From a virus: 64,000 bases of DNA. This document shows, piece by piece, positions 18,913 to 28,566 of this stretch; the first letter of the stretch is position 1; every line of letters starts with the position of its first letter. The translations under genes and the position numbers were made by a program. The notes below the pieces were generated by a model that was given only the letters and a program-made list of their open reading frames with translations, had not been told where the DNA came from and made no database searches. The stretch spans positions 24,525 through 88,524 of the IMG/VR virus record IMGVR_UViG_3300043640_000137. The stretch is one strand, 5' to 3'.

Positions 18913-18947
18913 GAACGGCCCCATCGCGGGACAGGGCCGTTCCTTCT
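18913..18947 (+). terminator. Hairpin after the endolysin at the strand convergence
   Basis: GAACGGCCC...GGGCCGTTC stem followed by a pyrimidine tail. Confidence 0.45.
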
Positions 18948-19040
18948 CAAGCGTTACGCTCGCCACCGTCAGGGTAGGGGCTGGTAGTGGGGGACTCCCG
19001 ACCTGACGGACCCCGAAGATGCGTCGTCCCGCTGCCGGCG

Positions 19041-19403
19041 TCAATGCCCCAGGCACAGGTGGTTGTAGACGAACCCGCCGACCTGGGCCTTGTACGGCGT
19101 GCGGGCGATCGTCGGGTCGGTCAGGTACGCTGTGCCGTCCGAGAGATCGACGACGAAGGCCGAGTCGGCCGACATGCCTCCGAAGCCATTGCGTGCCGAG
19201 ATCGAGCCGCAGACGGCCTTCACGGGCTCGCCGCGGGCGTTCCGGGCTCCTGGCAAGACCGCAGCCGTGGCGAAGCGTGCGGACCCAGGATCGCGAAGCT
19301 CGGTGAGGGCTAGAGCTTTAGCGGCTTCGACCGGATCGTTCTCTGCGTGCGCCTCTGGGGCCAGCAGCAGCAGCATCAAAGCCAGGATCAACAGGTATCG
19401 CAT
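19041..19403 (-). CDS. Exported protein with signal peptide
   Basis: 'MRYLLILALMLLLLAPEAHA' signal; 'LRDPGSARF..VCGSISARNGFGG'; RBS GGAG. Confidence 0.7.
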   Translation of the reverse strand: MRYLLILALMLLLLAPEAHAENDPVEAAKALALTELRDPGSARFATAAVLPGARNARGEPVKAVCGSISARNGFGGMSADSAFVVDLSDGTAYLTDPTIARTPYKAQVGGFVYNHLCLGH

Positions 19404-19468
19404 GTCAGGGTCTCCTCGTGGCTGGCGGCTACCGTGCAGGGAAGACGTGAACGAACGATTAAGCCGCT

Positions 19469-19701
19469 ACATCCTTGCTAACATCCTGCTACGACGTGAA
19501 CAGAAGCGGAAAACGATGTCGAAAAACGTCGAGCCGTGTCGAAGGATACCGCAGAATTGCGCCGTATGTCGAAAAGCTCGTACTAGGCTCTTGCTTTCGG
19601 GAGGCAGGGGCCGGAGGTTCGAATCCTCTCACTCCGACCAATAAAATCAACAACTTAGCAAATCGGCACCGCCCAACATCCTTGCTAACATCCTGCTACG
19701 A
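19469..19701. repeat. Integrase arm-type sites and IHF site flanking attP
   Basis: A perfect 26-bp direct repeat ACATCCTTGCTAACATCCTGCTACGA at 19469-19494 and 19676-19701; AATCAACAACTTA (WATCAANNNNTTR) at 19645-19657. Confidence 0.8.
19596..19640 (+). mobile_element. attP core: 3' part of tRNA-Pro(CGG)
   Basis: TTCGGGAGGCAGGGGCCGGAGGTTCGAATCCTCTCACTCCGACCA comprises anticodon loop, T-arm and CCA end. There is no 5' acceptor strand or D-arm upstream. It lies next to the integrase. Confidence 0.9.
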
Positions 19702-19837
19702 GGCGCGGGGCCGGTGTTTCGACCGGGTGCCAGTGACCGCAAGCTGGACACGCTTTAGCGACGATCACGCGGCTGCCCGTCCAGCCACACTTAGGACAGA
19801 GGACCGGCTTCTTCGGTCGCCAGTTGCGGCCCATGGC

Positions 19838-20062
19838 TTACCGCCGGCCCCGATTGGTCGCGGCTTCACGGCGCTTGATCTCGGCGAACATCTCGTCGCA
19901 TTTCAAATTGCCGTGCTTCGTGACGAAGTGGCTGAGCTTCATGCGGCCGTCGATCCGGCGCACCTGATCCCGGCTGCTGGTCAGGACGGTCAGCCGGTCG
20001 AACTCGGCAAGCTCGGACTCGGTGTACGAGATCATCTCTACGGTTCTCTGCTCGGCCATCAT
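19838..20062 (-). CDS. Hypothetical protein
   Basis: ATGA-coupled to the integrase stop; RBS GGAG. Confidence 0.5.
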   Translation of the reverse strand: MMAEQRTVEMISYTESELAEFDRLTVLTSSRDQVRRIDGRMKLSHFVTKHGNLKCDEMFAEIKRREAATNRGRR

Positions 20063-21231
20063 CGTTGCTCCATCGCTTTGAGGACGCGTTCGTTCCGGCC
20101 GGGCGCGAGATGTCCGTATGTCCGCTCGACCATCTCTCCGCTCATGTCGATAAACTGACCGACGTCGGCGTAGGGCAAGCCCCGCTGTACGAGCCACGAG
20201 GCGCAGGAGTGACGGAGCGTGTGCGGCGTCGCCAGTCGGAGCTTGCGGGCAGACTCGATCCACTGGTCTCGGTCCATTGGTGACGTGGCCTTGGCAGCAG
20301 CCTTGTCGGCGATCTTCGTGGCCTCTTCACACGCGGTCCTGAATGAGCGCTTCAGGTTCTTCATCGTCGAGCCTTCATATTCGAGCACATACGAAGTCGT
20401 CCGCTTGCGCAGATACCGGAGCAGGGTGAGGAGGCGCCGCGGAATCTCAGCCCGGCCTTTCCGCTTCTTGCTCTCGACTGCGCGCCGACCTTGGAAGTCG
20501 ATGCGACAGCCCGGTAGATCGACGTGACCGGCGATAGGGTTCGCCTGCCATTGCAGCTTCAGGATCGCTTGCTTGCGACGGCCCATGTAGAAGCCGATGA
20601 GGATGAAGTACGGCAGATGAGCTTTCGCCTTCTTCTGCCGGCGGGCAGCGACGACCAGCGTCGCGATCTCGGTGCGATCGAGCCAGATGTCTTTCGACGG
20701 TGACTTAGGTGGTAGCTCGACCGGAACCGACTGTGTGAGCTTGCCTTCCGCGACGCAGTAGTTGATCGCAGCGATGAGTGTGCCGAGTTCCTTGCGTGCG
20801 GTGCCGGCTGCCATGCCTGCGTCCACGCGAGACTTCACATACGCGCGGCATGTCCTCGGTGTGATGGCAGAGAGGTACTGGTCCGTCCACCACAACACGA
20901 GCGCGGTGATGCAGTACGCGATGCGACCAGGGTCTTCGACGGTAGGCGCATGCTCTTCGCCGTAGACGGCAAGAACGTCAGCGATCGTTACCTGATCGGG
21001 ACGACGAGCCCCGTTCCATTTGAGCGCTCGGCTGTTGAGGAAGTCGCCGAGTTCGCCTTCAGCCTTCGCGCGATGCTCAAAGCTCGCGCCTGTGCTCCGC
21101 TCGTGTGGCCGCCTGCGTTCGGACCAGACGATGTACCAAATGTACTGGGTGAAGCCTTTGCGCGGCTTGGCTCCGTGCTTGGTGTCGGGTCCGAAGAGGA
21201 TGAGTCGAGGGCCGGGGTTTGGCCGCGGCAT
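20059..21231 (-). CDS. int: Tyrosine integrase
   Basis: 'YMGRRK', 'TPHTLRHSCASWL', 'ERTYGHL' catalytic R, H-x-x-R and Y; adjacent attP. Confidence 0.95.
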   Translation of the reverse strand: MPRPNPGPRLILFGPDTKHGAKPRKGFTQYIWYIVWSERRRPHERSTGASFEHRAKAEGELGDFLNSRALKWNGARRPDQVTIADVLAVYGEEHAPTVEDPGRIAYCITALVLWWTDQYLSAITPRTCRAYVKSRVDAGMAAGTARKELGTLIAAINYCVAEGKLTQSVPVELPPKSPSKDIWLDRTEIATLVVAARRQKKAKAHLPYFILIGFYMGRRKQAILKLQWQANPIAGHVDLPGCRIDFQGRRAVESKKRKGRAEIPRRLLTLLRYLRKRTTSYVLEYEGSTMKNLKRSFRTACEEATKIADKAAAKATSPMDRDQWIESARKLRLATPHTLRHSCASWLVQRGLPYADVGQFIDMSGEMVERTYGHLAPGRNERVLKAMEQR

Positions 21232-21422
21232 GGTTTGGTCTGCTCCTGTATGTAGCGCTTCAGTGCTGCGCCCGTGATGAGCGTCGTTGCGCCGATGCGA
21301 ACGACCTCCAACTTGCCACCGTAGGCGGCGCGCTTCAAGCTCTGTGGCTTCACATCTTCATGGATAAGTGTTGCCGCTTGCTTGAAAGAGTACCGATTAT
21401 CATCGACGATGGCGCTGAGCAT
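20988..21422 (-). CDS. Excisionase-like HTH protein overlapping the integrase start
   Basis: N-terminal MerR/Xis-like 'YSFKQAA..LKRAAYGGKLEVVRIG'; low-complexity tail overlaps int in another frame. Confidence 0.65.
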   Translation of the reverse strand: MLSAIVDDNRYSFKQAATLIHEDVKPQSLKRAAYGGKLEVVRIGATTLITGAALKRYIQEQTKPCRGQTPALDSSSSDPTPSTEPSRAKASPSTFGTSSGPNAGGHTSGAQARALSIARRLKANSATSSTAERSNGTGLVVPIR

Positions 21423-23257
21423 TAGGGAAGCTCCCGACCGAGGATGACGCGGTAGTCACCGAAGAGGATGTCCTGAAGCTCAGAACCTTTGCTACGGCCG
21501 TAATAGCGGTGATACCAGGGCAGACGCGGGCCGTCGCCGAAACGCCAGCCACCGGACTCCGACACGAGCAGCGTGAAGCTAAACGCCAGTGTTAAGCGGG
21601 TGCCAGGGACGAGGAAGTCGATCAGGCGGCGGGCCATTACGAAGGCTCAACCCGCAGAGACACTGGAACCTGCCAGCCGATGACGCGGAGCACGACTTGG
21701 CCGCCGGCATTGAGCAGTGCGAGTTCTTCGGGCGACGGCTGCCACGCGCTATCGCAGTGCTTCACGTGCTGCTGCCCGAATGAATCGTAGAACTCCGCGC
21801 GGATAGGAAGGCGCCCGCAGGTGCCATCACGCTTCGCGTCCCAATCGCTCGGCGCTCCGGGGTTCGCGTTGGCTCCGGCAATAGCTTTCGGTGTCATTGT
21901 ATTCCTCCAACTCTCAAAAGGATGTGCCAGACCATTGCGCACACGAGGCATATTCCAAGGAACCTAAGCATCGTGGCTCCGGCGGTAGTTAGCGACGAGC
22001 GGCGCAAGGTCTGCGGCCGTGCCCAGGAAGCTCTCGAAGTCGGCGCAGCAGTCGAGCATGTCTTCCGCGACGGCCAGATCGGTCTCGCCTTCGATCTCGT
22101 AGCCGTTTTCGATGCGGTGCCCGAGCGCTTCCATGACGATCGCGTGGTAGTGAGCAGCGACGGCCATCACCATTCTCCCGGAGGCGGATCGTCTTCTGTG
22201 AGGCCCGCGTTGAACCACGCCTGGAACCACTCCCACGCGCCGAGCGTGCCGGTCGAGACAGCTATGCCGGCAGCTTCGAGCAGCGTGTAGCCGCAGAACT
22301 TCTCTTCTTCAGCCGGCGGAGCGTTGGCCATGCACAGCGCGAGATCAGCGATAGCTCCGTTCTGATCGGCGCCGGCTCGTGTCTGTGCAAGCTGTTCTTC
22401 CAGTTCCTCGATACGGTCGGCAGCGAGGTTAAGGGACTCCATAATGTGGATCGGGTTTCGGTCGATGTTGTCACCGACCTCGAAGGAGACTTTGCGGAGC
22501 CCTGCTGCCGTCACCATCACCAAAGCTCCCGTGCGTTGCGGAGCATGTCCCGCGTGAAGATGAATGGCAGCGACCCCGCGTTGATGACGCCGTTCAACAG
22601 CGCGACTGCCGGAACCCACGTAAAGGTGTAGAGCAGGATGAACGGGAAGACCTCGATCGAGATGGTGCAGGCGTAGTGGAGCGCGATGTCGGTGCCGTCA
22701 GTCATGGGTTCCCGTACCTTTCACGGACTGATGATGATAATCGCCGCACTGCCAAGCGCGACGGCGAGCGCCGAACGTGAACTCGAAATTCTTCCGGCCC
22801 ATGACGTACCACCACACAAGAGGGCGGCGGGGGACGCGATGCTGCCAGAACTTCGAGCGGCTGAGATCACAGGTCATGGGCCGGTTCCGAACAGAGAGTC
22901 GAACAAGTCCCACATCGCATCGACGGAGTGCGTGATCCCCGCGGCAACGCAATTGCCGAAGTGCATGAACTCATATTCGACACGGCCGGCGTGCTCGATG
23001 AACGAGAGCCAGTATCCCCGCTCTGTGCCGATCACGACGGTCTCCTCTCGCCCGTCTCGAACATCTCGCGGCCGTCGAGCGAGTGATGGACGGTGACGCC
23101 TTCGTCATCGGTAGGGTTGCACCAGCAAGGGCCGTCCGCTTCCGAGTCAGGCAAGATGTGCGGACGCAGATCGTCGATCGGGTAGACGACCCGAGTGGTC
23201 ACAGGCCCGTTCAGCGAGTCGCCGTAGGAGCTTGCCTTCCAACCGCCGAAGGTCATG

Positions 23258-23494
23258 TCAGCCGGCTCCCGTGTAGGATCGACGCGTCTGCATCTTCGGC
23301 GTCGTCCATTTGGTGATCGCGCCGTTCGCCGCCTGCGTGGTGACGTGCTTGATGCGGAACTCGTTCTGCAAGCGCCGAAGCGCGATGCGGGCGGTCTTGT
23401 TGTCCACGCCGAACTTCTCGGCTATGTCGTCGGTCGAGGCTTCACCCTGCTCACGGATGAAAGCCACGACCTCATCGTCTTTGTGCAAGCCCAT
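23258..23494 (-). CDS. Winged-HTH DNA-binding protein
   Basis: 'STDDIAEKFGVDNKTARIALRRL'. Confidence 0.65.
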   Translation of the reverse strand: MGLHKDDEVVAFIREQGEASTDDIAEKFGVDNKTARIALRRLQNEFRIKHVTTQAANGAITKWTTPKMQTRRSYTGAG

Positions 23495-23503
23495 GATACC
23501 CTC

Positions 23504-24136
23504 TTAATGGATCGTGCGGCGCGTGGTATCCTTCACGCGACGGCTGCGCTTGGCAGGGATGTCGGCACCGTTGCCGATCGCGCGGAAGGCTTCGCCGTTC
23601 ATGACGGACGTGCCGAGCGCAGCCATGTCCTCTTGAAAGCCTTCTTGATCGCGGAAGGTGTAAGCGGGCTTCGGGTTCGGATACTTGTCGATGAGCGCCG
23701 CGGCCTTTTGATTGAGCGCGAGCAGCCAGCCCTTCGGAGCGTGCGGCGGGCGGTCATCGATCAGCTTGCCGTAAATCTGCGCGGAGCGGAGCACCACGAG
23801 GCAGGCAGCGGCCTTGGTGAGATGCGACAGGCCGGACTCCTCATCGGTGTCTTCGCCTTCCCACCACGCGGGCATGTGCCGAGCCATGATCGCGTCGTAG
23901 TAGACGGAAGCGCGGACGCCCGCGATGAGGTAGTTGTGCCGGCCGTACTTCAGCGCGCCTTCGAGCATCGCGACGCCGATCTCCAAGATCATCGGCATGG
24001 GCACGGTCGAGAGGTACGCCTTCTTGACGCCGACCGAATCCTTCGGGTTGGTGGATTTGCTCGTCAGCTTGACGACCTCACCGCTAATGCGAGGGCCGAC
24101 ACCGCGGACACTGGCTCGTTTTAGGGTCTTGACCAT
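23504..24136 (-). CDS. dATP/dGTP diphosphohydrolase domain protein (DUF5664)
   Basis: 'NPKD..G..K', 'GALKYGRHN', 'RH..AWWEGEDTDEESGLSHL', 'DDRP'. Confidence 0.85.
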   Translation of the reverse strand: MVKTLKRASVRGVGPRISGEVVKLTSKSTNPKDSVGVKKAYLSTVPMPMILEIGVAMLEGALKYGRHNYLIAGVRASVYYDAIMARHMPAWWEGEDTDEESGLSHLTKAAACLVVLRSAQIYGKLIDDRPPHAPKGWLLALNQKAAALIDKYPNPKPAYTFRDQEGFQEDMAALGTSVMNGEAFRAIGNGADIPAKRSRRVKDTTRRTIH

Positions 24137-24352
24137 AATTTCACCTATTCAGCAAAGAGACGAAAATGTCGGGAGAGCCGGCCGCTGCTACTGTCCGGCC
24201 CGTTGTCGCGCTTGATGCGGTCGATCGCATCGGCAGCCTGATTGACAGCGAGGAGCAGAGCGGTCTCCGGTGAGCGGTGCGCAGCCGATCAGAGTGCGGA
24301 TGCGTTTGTCCCTCGGCGCGCAGTTGCTTGGTCGTGATGACCATAATTTCAC

Positions 24353-25093
24353 CTATGAGGGAATCGAGAGGTTGATCTCGTCGAGCGTCGGGAAGATGCG
24401 GAAGTTGACGGCGGCTTCCTTGAAGAGCGTGACCACGCGATCGAAGTCAGCCTTCCACTTCGGATCGTCGAGACGCATCGCATAGCCGAAGACATGCGTG
24501 ATGCCGGCCTGGACGATGGCTCGGCCGCAATCCATGCACGGAACCCAGGTGCAGTAGAGCGTCGAGCCTTCGAGCGGTGTGCCGCGGCGAGCAGCGAGAT
24601 AGATCGCGTTGCGCTCGGCGTGCTCGGTCCAGAAATACTTCTCGGGACGCTCGTGACGCTCGGGCGCCGTATCGTCGATGCCGGCGGGGAAGCTGTTGTA
24701 TCCGGTCGAGAGCGTGGCGTTGTCCCGGCCAACGATGACGCAGCCGATCTGAGTCGAGCGGTCCTTGCTGCGCAGTGCCGCCACTCGCGCCATCGTCATG
24801 TGGTAGTGATCCCAGTCGGGGATGCGACGGGAGCCGTCATTATTGAAACCGGGCTCGAAGGCGTACTCGGATGGAACGACGGAGTATTCGCTGGCCTCGG
24901 ATGCCGCGAAGCCAGGATGCTCGGCTTTGCAGTCGGGGCATTCCACGGCGCTCATGATGCGGCGCCCGTGCTTGCATAAGTGACGACTTAACGATAGGCC
25001 GACATCGAGACGGTCACGCAAGGTTGCGCCTTCGTCCTCGCACTTGAAGCACTTCAGCGTCAGCCGTGTGCCGTGCTTGCAGAGGAGTGCCAT
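24353..25093 (-). CDS. dCMP deaminase with N-terminal Cys/His repeats
   Basis: 'SKDRSTQIGCVI', 'TGYN', 'HAERNAI', 'PCMDC'. Confidence 0.9.
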   Translation of the reverse strand: MALLCKHGTRLTLKCFKCEDEGATLRDRLDVGLSLSRHLCKHGRRIMSAVECPDCKAEHPGFAASEASEYSVVPSEYAFEPGFNNDGSRRIPDWDHYHMTMARVAALRSKDRSTQIGCVIVGRDNATLSTGYNSFPAGIDDTAPERHERPEKYFWTEHAERNAIYLAARRGTPLEGSTLYCTWVPCMDCGRAIVQAGITHVFGYAMRLDDPKWKADFDRVVTLFKEAAVNFRIFPTLDEINLSIPS

Positions 25094-25095
25094 GG

Positions 25096-25401
25096 TCAGA
25101 ACCCTTCCCGACGCGGTGCGCCGTTCTCTTCCATGCAGGCGACGCCAAGGGCAGTCACCTTGCGGATGAAGTCGAGCACCTTGTTCTTTGCATCCGGCCC
25201 CCATGAAGTCGCGGCAATGCGCTTCGCTTCGTCGAGGTACACGTCCATGTAAAGGATGAACTCATCGACCGAATGGCTCGGAGCACCGTTGTCGCGGCTC
25301 TTGCGCATGTTCTGGTACGCGCGCTCGCTATCCACCGCCTCGTAAGCCGATTGCCGCTCGACCGAACGGGGGTAGATGAGAGCACCGATGTTCTGGGTCA
25401 T
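25096..25401 (-). CDS. MazG-like all-alpha protein
   Basis: Helical; 'EFILYMDVYLDEA..IRKVTALGVACME'. Confidence 0.5.
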   Translation of the reverse strand: MTQNIGALIYPRSVERQSAYEAVDSERAYQNMRKSRDNGAPSHSVDEFILYMDVYLDEAKRIAATSWGPDAKNKVLDFIRKVTALGVACMEENGAPRREGF

Positions 25402-26213
25402 AGTACGTGGAACCTTCTAGCGAAGTGGTAGAGGAGGATCAGGGCACCGAGGCAGACAGCAGCCTTGAAGAGATCGCCTTGCTGCCACGCCCAAATCCGT
25501 ACATTCCAGACGAGACCGCGCATGTCAGAACCCTTGTGCCGGCTTGAAGATGATCCCGATGACGAGGACCACCAGGAGGATGAAGGCGATGTTGGAAAGG
25601 TCGCAGGGCAGCAGCTTGCCCGTCTCCTCATCGCCGCCGCATGACCCGCACATGAGGTCGAGCAGCCGGTCATTGCCCCACTGCGTCCACATCCACCGGA
25701 AGCGCGTGCTGTAGTGAAGGTTGTCGTGCAAGGTCAGCAGCAGCATCGCCGTGTTGAGCCAGAGGGTGCGGAGAAAAAGGGTCTTGACCATAAAATCACC
25801 GCCGCGGTTTCAGGTATTCGACTTCGAGAGACTCCAAGGCGTTGAGCACGGCCTTGATGTCCCGCTGTGCGACGCTGGTGCTTGCATGGACCAGCAGCAC
25901 GATCGCTCGCTCGTTGAGCCTGCCGGCGCGCAGCCTCTTCACGCCTTGCGACATCTCGACGATCGCTGCGGCGAGGACTTCGCTCGGAGTCTCGTCGGGC
26001 GTCACGACTATGCTGCGGGTCATCGGCCTACCCTCTTGATGCGCGAGATGTGGATCGGCGCGTAAGGCAGGCCCTCCATCGCGTGCATGGCTCGGTCGGC
26101 AGCCGTGTCGATGAGGCTGCGAACCTCTTCACGCGTGAGATGCTGCGTGTCCACCGAGATCGTGATGTCGATCTTCGCGTGGGGCGTATCGGCGGCGAGC
26201 CGGGTTGAGCGCC

Positions 26214-26795
26214 TCACCGGACGTACGCCTCGGCCGGCATGCGACCTTGCGCATCGAGCGCGTAAAGGGTGCGGGCTTTGTTGCCGAAGCCGTAGGAGTA
26301 TCCCACGGGCGGCTTCCGACCAGCGGAGTCGGGGTTGCCGTTGCCGTTGCCGGTGCGGGGGTAGTGGGGTCCTTGCGCCAGTCGCGCGACAAGCTCCTCG
26401 ACGCTGAAGAAGACGCCGCCGGACGCGAAGTTATACATGACGTCGTAGCGCTCGGGCATCGGACCTTCGATCAGGATGAAGCCCTGCTTGCCGCAGCCGA
26501 TCATGTAGCCGAGTTCCAGATGGCCGCTCTTGCCGGCGGGCATCAAGAGAACGGCCGTGTCCTGCGCGTCGAGATGTCGCTTGTCGAAGTCGAACACGTC
26601 CTGCGCGTGGGGCGCGGCGAGCGCTTCCGAGTACGTGCGACCGCGCTGCGTCTCGTAGCGCTGCCAGCAGTCGTCAGCCTCGGGACCAGCGGCGAACCAG
26701 TCGTCGAACACGGCATGCCCGCTACGGCGAAGCTCAGCGGAGACAAGGGGGACGCGCTCGTTGCGTAGCGATCCGATCAGATAGATTTTTCGCAT
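26214..26795 (-). CDS. Nucleoside 2-deoxyribosyltransferase-like protein
   Basis: 'KIYLIGS', 'FDKRHLD..D..VLL', 'SGHLELGY'. Confidence 0.75.
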   Translation of the reverse strand: MRKIYLIGSLRNERVPLVSAELRRSGHAVFDDWFAAGPEADDCWQRYETQRGRTYSEALAAPHAQDVFDFDKRHLDAQDTAVLLMPAGKSGHLELGYMIGCGKQGFILIEGPMPERYDVMYNFASGGVFFSVEELVARLAQGPHYPRTGNGNGNPDSAGRKPPVGYSYGFGNKARTLYALDAQGRMPAEAYVR

Positions 26796-27079
26796 GACAC
26801 TTCCTCGACGACCGGAAACGACGCGTACCGGCTGATAAAATTGGCTGGGATATTCTTGCCGATCTCGTGTGCGAGTCCGGTGGGATCGGTGTATTCGAGA
26901 CCACGGAGGTCATTGACCTTCATGACCTTCAACACGCCTTCCTTCGCAAGCTCGTCGAGCACCTTCTTCATACGCGCGCCGATACGGGACGCTGTGTTGA
27001 AGGTGAGCTTGGTCGCGGACTGGTGCTTCCAGAACACGGCGCAGACTGCTCGCGCGCTTTCGGTGAGAACGACCACGGG

Positions 27080-27616
27080 CTAAAGCCCCGGTGTGAGCAG
27101 ATGCGCCGCGATGATCGCGGCCTCTTCGAGCGTCGGCACGATGTAGCCGGCGATGGCCTGGATCATGCCGTGCCAATGCGGGTTCACCAGCGGAACCTCT
27201 TCATCGGGGCGAGGATTCGAGCGGAACATCTGACCGTCTCGCTCGATGACGAGGATGACCGGCTTGCGGTAGGCGTGCGCGAGGCCGAACTCGATCGCAG
27301 TGCCGACCGATGCCTTCTCGGCGCCGAGGAAGTTCGCGATCATGAGATCGCAGTTCATGACGTCGTTGCCGTCGCGACACATGATGCCCTTGGCCGTGGC
27401 CATGGCGTGTTGCGGGTACATGTTGGGATCGCCGACGAGGATGCCCGCGTCCTTCAGAAAGGACTTGCCGCGCATCGGCGACAGCGTGCGAATGTGGTCC
27501 GGCAGAAGCTTCGCGAGGTCCGCGCGCCAACCAAGAGCCGAGTCCTGGTAGTTGAGGCCGGTGATCGGCCCAGCCGTGTAGACGGTTTTCTGAGGGTACG
27601 GCAGGAGGTTCAGCAT
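27080..27616 (-). CDS. Nucleoside 2-deoxyribosyltransferase / dNMP N-glycosidase
   Basis: 'VYTAGPITG', 'D..CDLMIANF', 'SVGTAIEFGLA'. Confidence 0.85.
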   Translation of the reverse strand: MLNLLPYPQKTVYTAGPITGLNYQDSALGWRADLAKLLPDHIRTLSPMRGKSFLKDAGILVGDPNMYPQHAMATAKGIMCRDGNDVMNCDLMIANFLGAEKASVGTAIEFGLAHAYRKPVILVIERDGQMFRSNPRPDEEVPLVNPHWHGMIQAIAGYIVPTLEEAAIIAAHLLTPGL

Positions 27617-27939
27617 CGTCGTCTCCGTTTCAATCCTAGGAAGCTGTTGCTCAGCTATTATTAAGACTGTAACGGAAAGGTTTTTGGCTGTCTAGCCTTT
27701 TTAAGTAGCTGATCGGTGTTTTATCCAGAGCGTCCGCGCGCTCATGGTGCCGAGGACCGTTTCAAGGAGGAAGAGGTACATCGGCCACGGCTGAACGAAG
27801 AAGGTCCAGGCGGCCCAGATGATGCAGCCGAGAAGGAGCAACGCCGACGCGAGCTTCACGTTGCGCGCCATCGTCCAATAACCGCCGAAGATAACGGCGG
27901 CGCCGACAAGCTGGATCGCGTCGGAGATGCTTAACATGA

Positions 27940-28320
27940 TCAATCTTTCTTATGGCTCAGGCTGCCGAACTCGTTGACGCGTTGCGGGCGCAGACCGTTG
28001 ATCGCGTGCTTGTCTTCGGTGCTGGCGTGGATTTCCGCCGATGAGATGCCTGCGAGGCCGGCATATATTCTGAGGCAGATGCGAACGTCGCAAAGCTCTT
28101 TGACCGCTTCGACAATGCTCGGCTTCGTGCCTCGCGCGACCTCTTTAATGACCGCCTGCTGGACCACGGCCTCGATCTGGTGAGGCGGAACACCAGCGGC
28201 GAAGCAGAACTCGACGTATTCTTCGAGTCCCTTCAGAGCCATCGGCCGCGATGCCGGCTCGACGCCGCCGGATGCTTCAAGGAACTGTCGGCGATACTGC
28301 TCGGCGAACTTATTGATCAT
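27940..28320 (-). CDS. MazG-like NTP pyrophosphohydrolase
   Basis: 'LEEYVE ... KELCDV' EExxE/ExxD pattern; 'K..IN..R'. Confidence 0.65.
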   Translation of the reverse strand: MINKFAEQYRRQFLEASGGVEPASRPMALKGLEEYVEFCFAAGVPPHQIEAVVQQAVIKEVARGTKPSIVEAVKELCDVRICLRIYAGLAGISSAEIHASTEDKHAINGLRPQRVNEFGSLSHKKD

Positions 28321-28566
28321 CGTTCTCTCCTAGTGACAGCAGTCGGGGGCAGTCGTCCCAATCGATGAAGCCATGCGGACACGGCGGCGTATATCTGTCG
28401 TGCGGGTTCGTCCGAACCGGCGTCGCGATGCTGTCCTTCAGGCAGCACGGCTGGCCCTTCATGCACGGCACTTCCATCGGGCACACGCCGATGCCGCTGG
28501 CGGGACAATCCTGGCGACGGCTGCCGTCCAGGAGTCGCCACTTCAGCCGCTTCAGAAATCGCCGCA

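Noticed and set aside
19570-19640. Functional tRNA-Pro gene
   Set aside because: Only the anticodon loop to CCA is present, with no 5' acceptor strand or D-arm. It is better explained as attP.
23504-24136. Z-genome (2-aminoadenine) pathway
   Set aside because: DUF5664 alone is insufficient; no PurZ-like gene is seen in the window.
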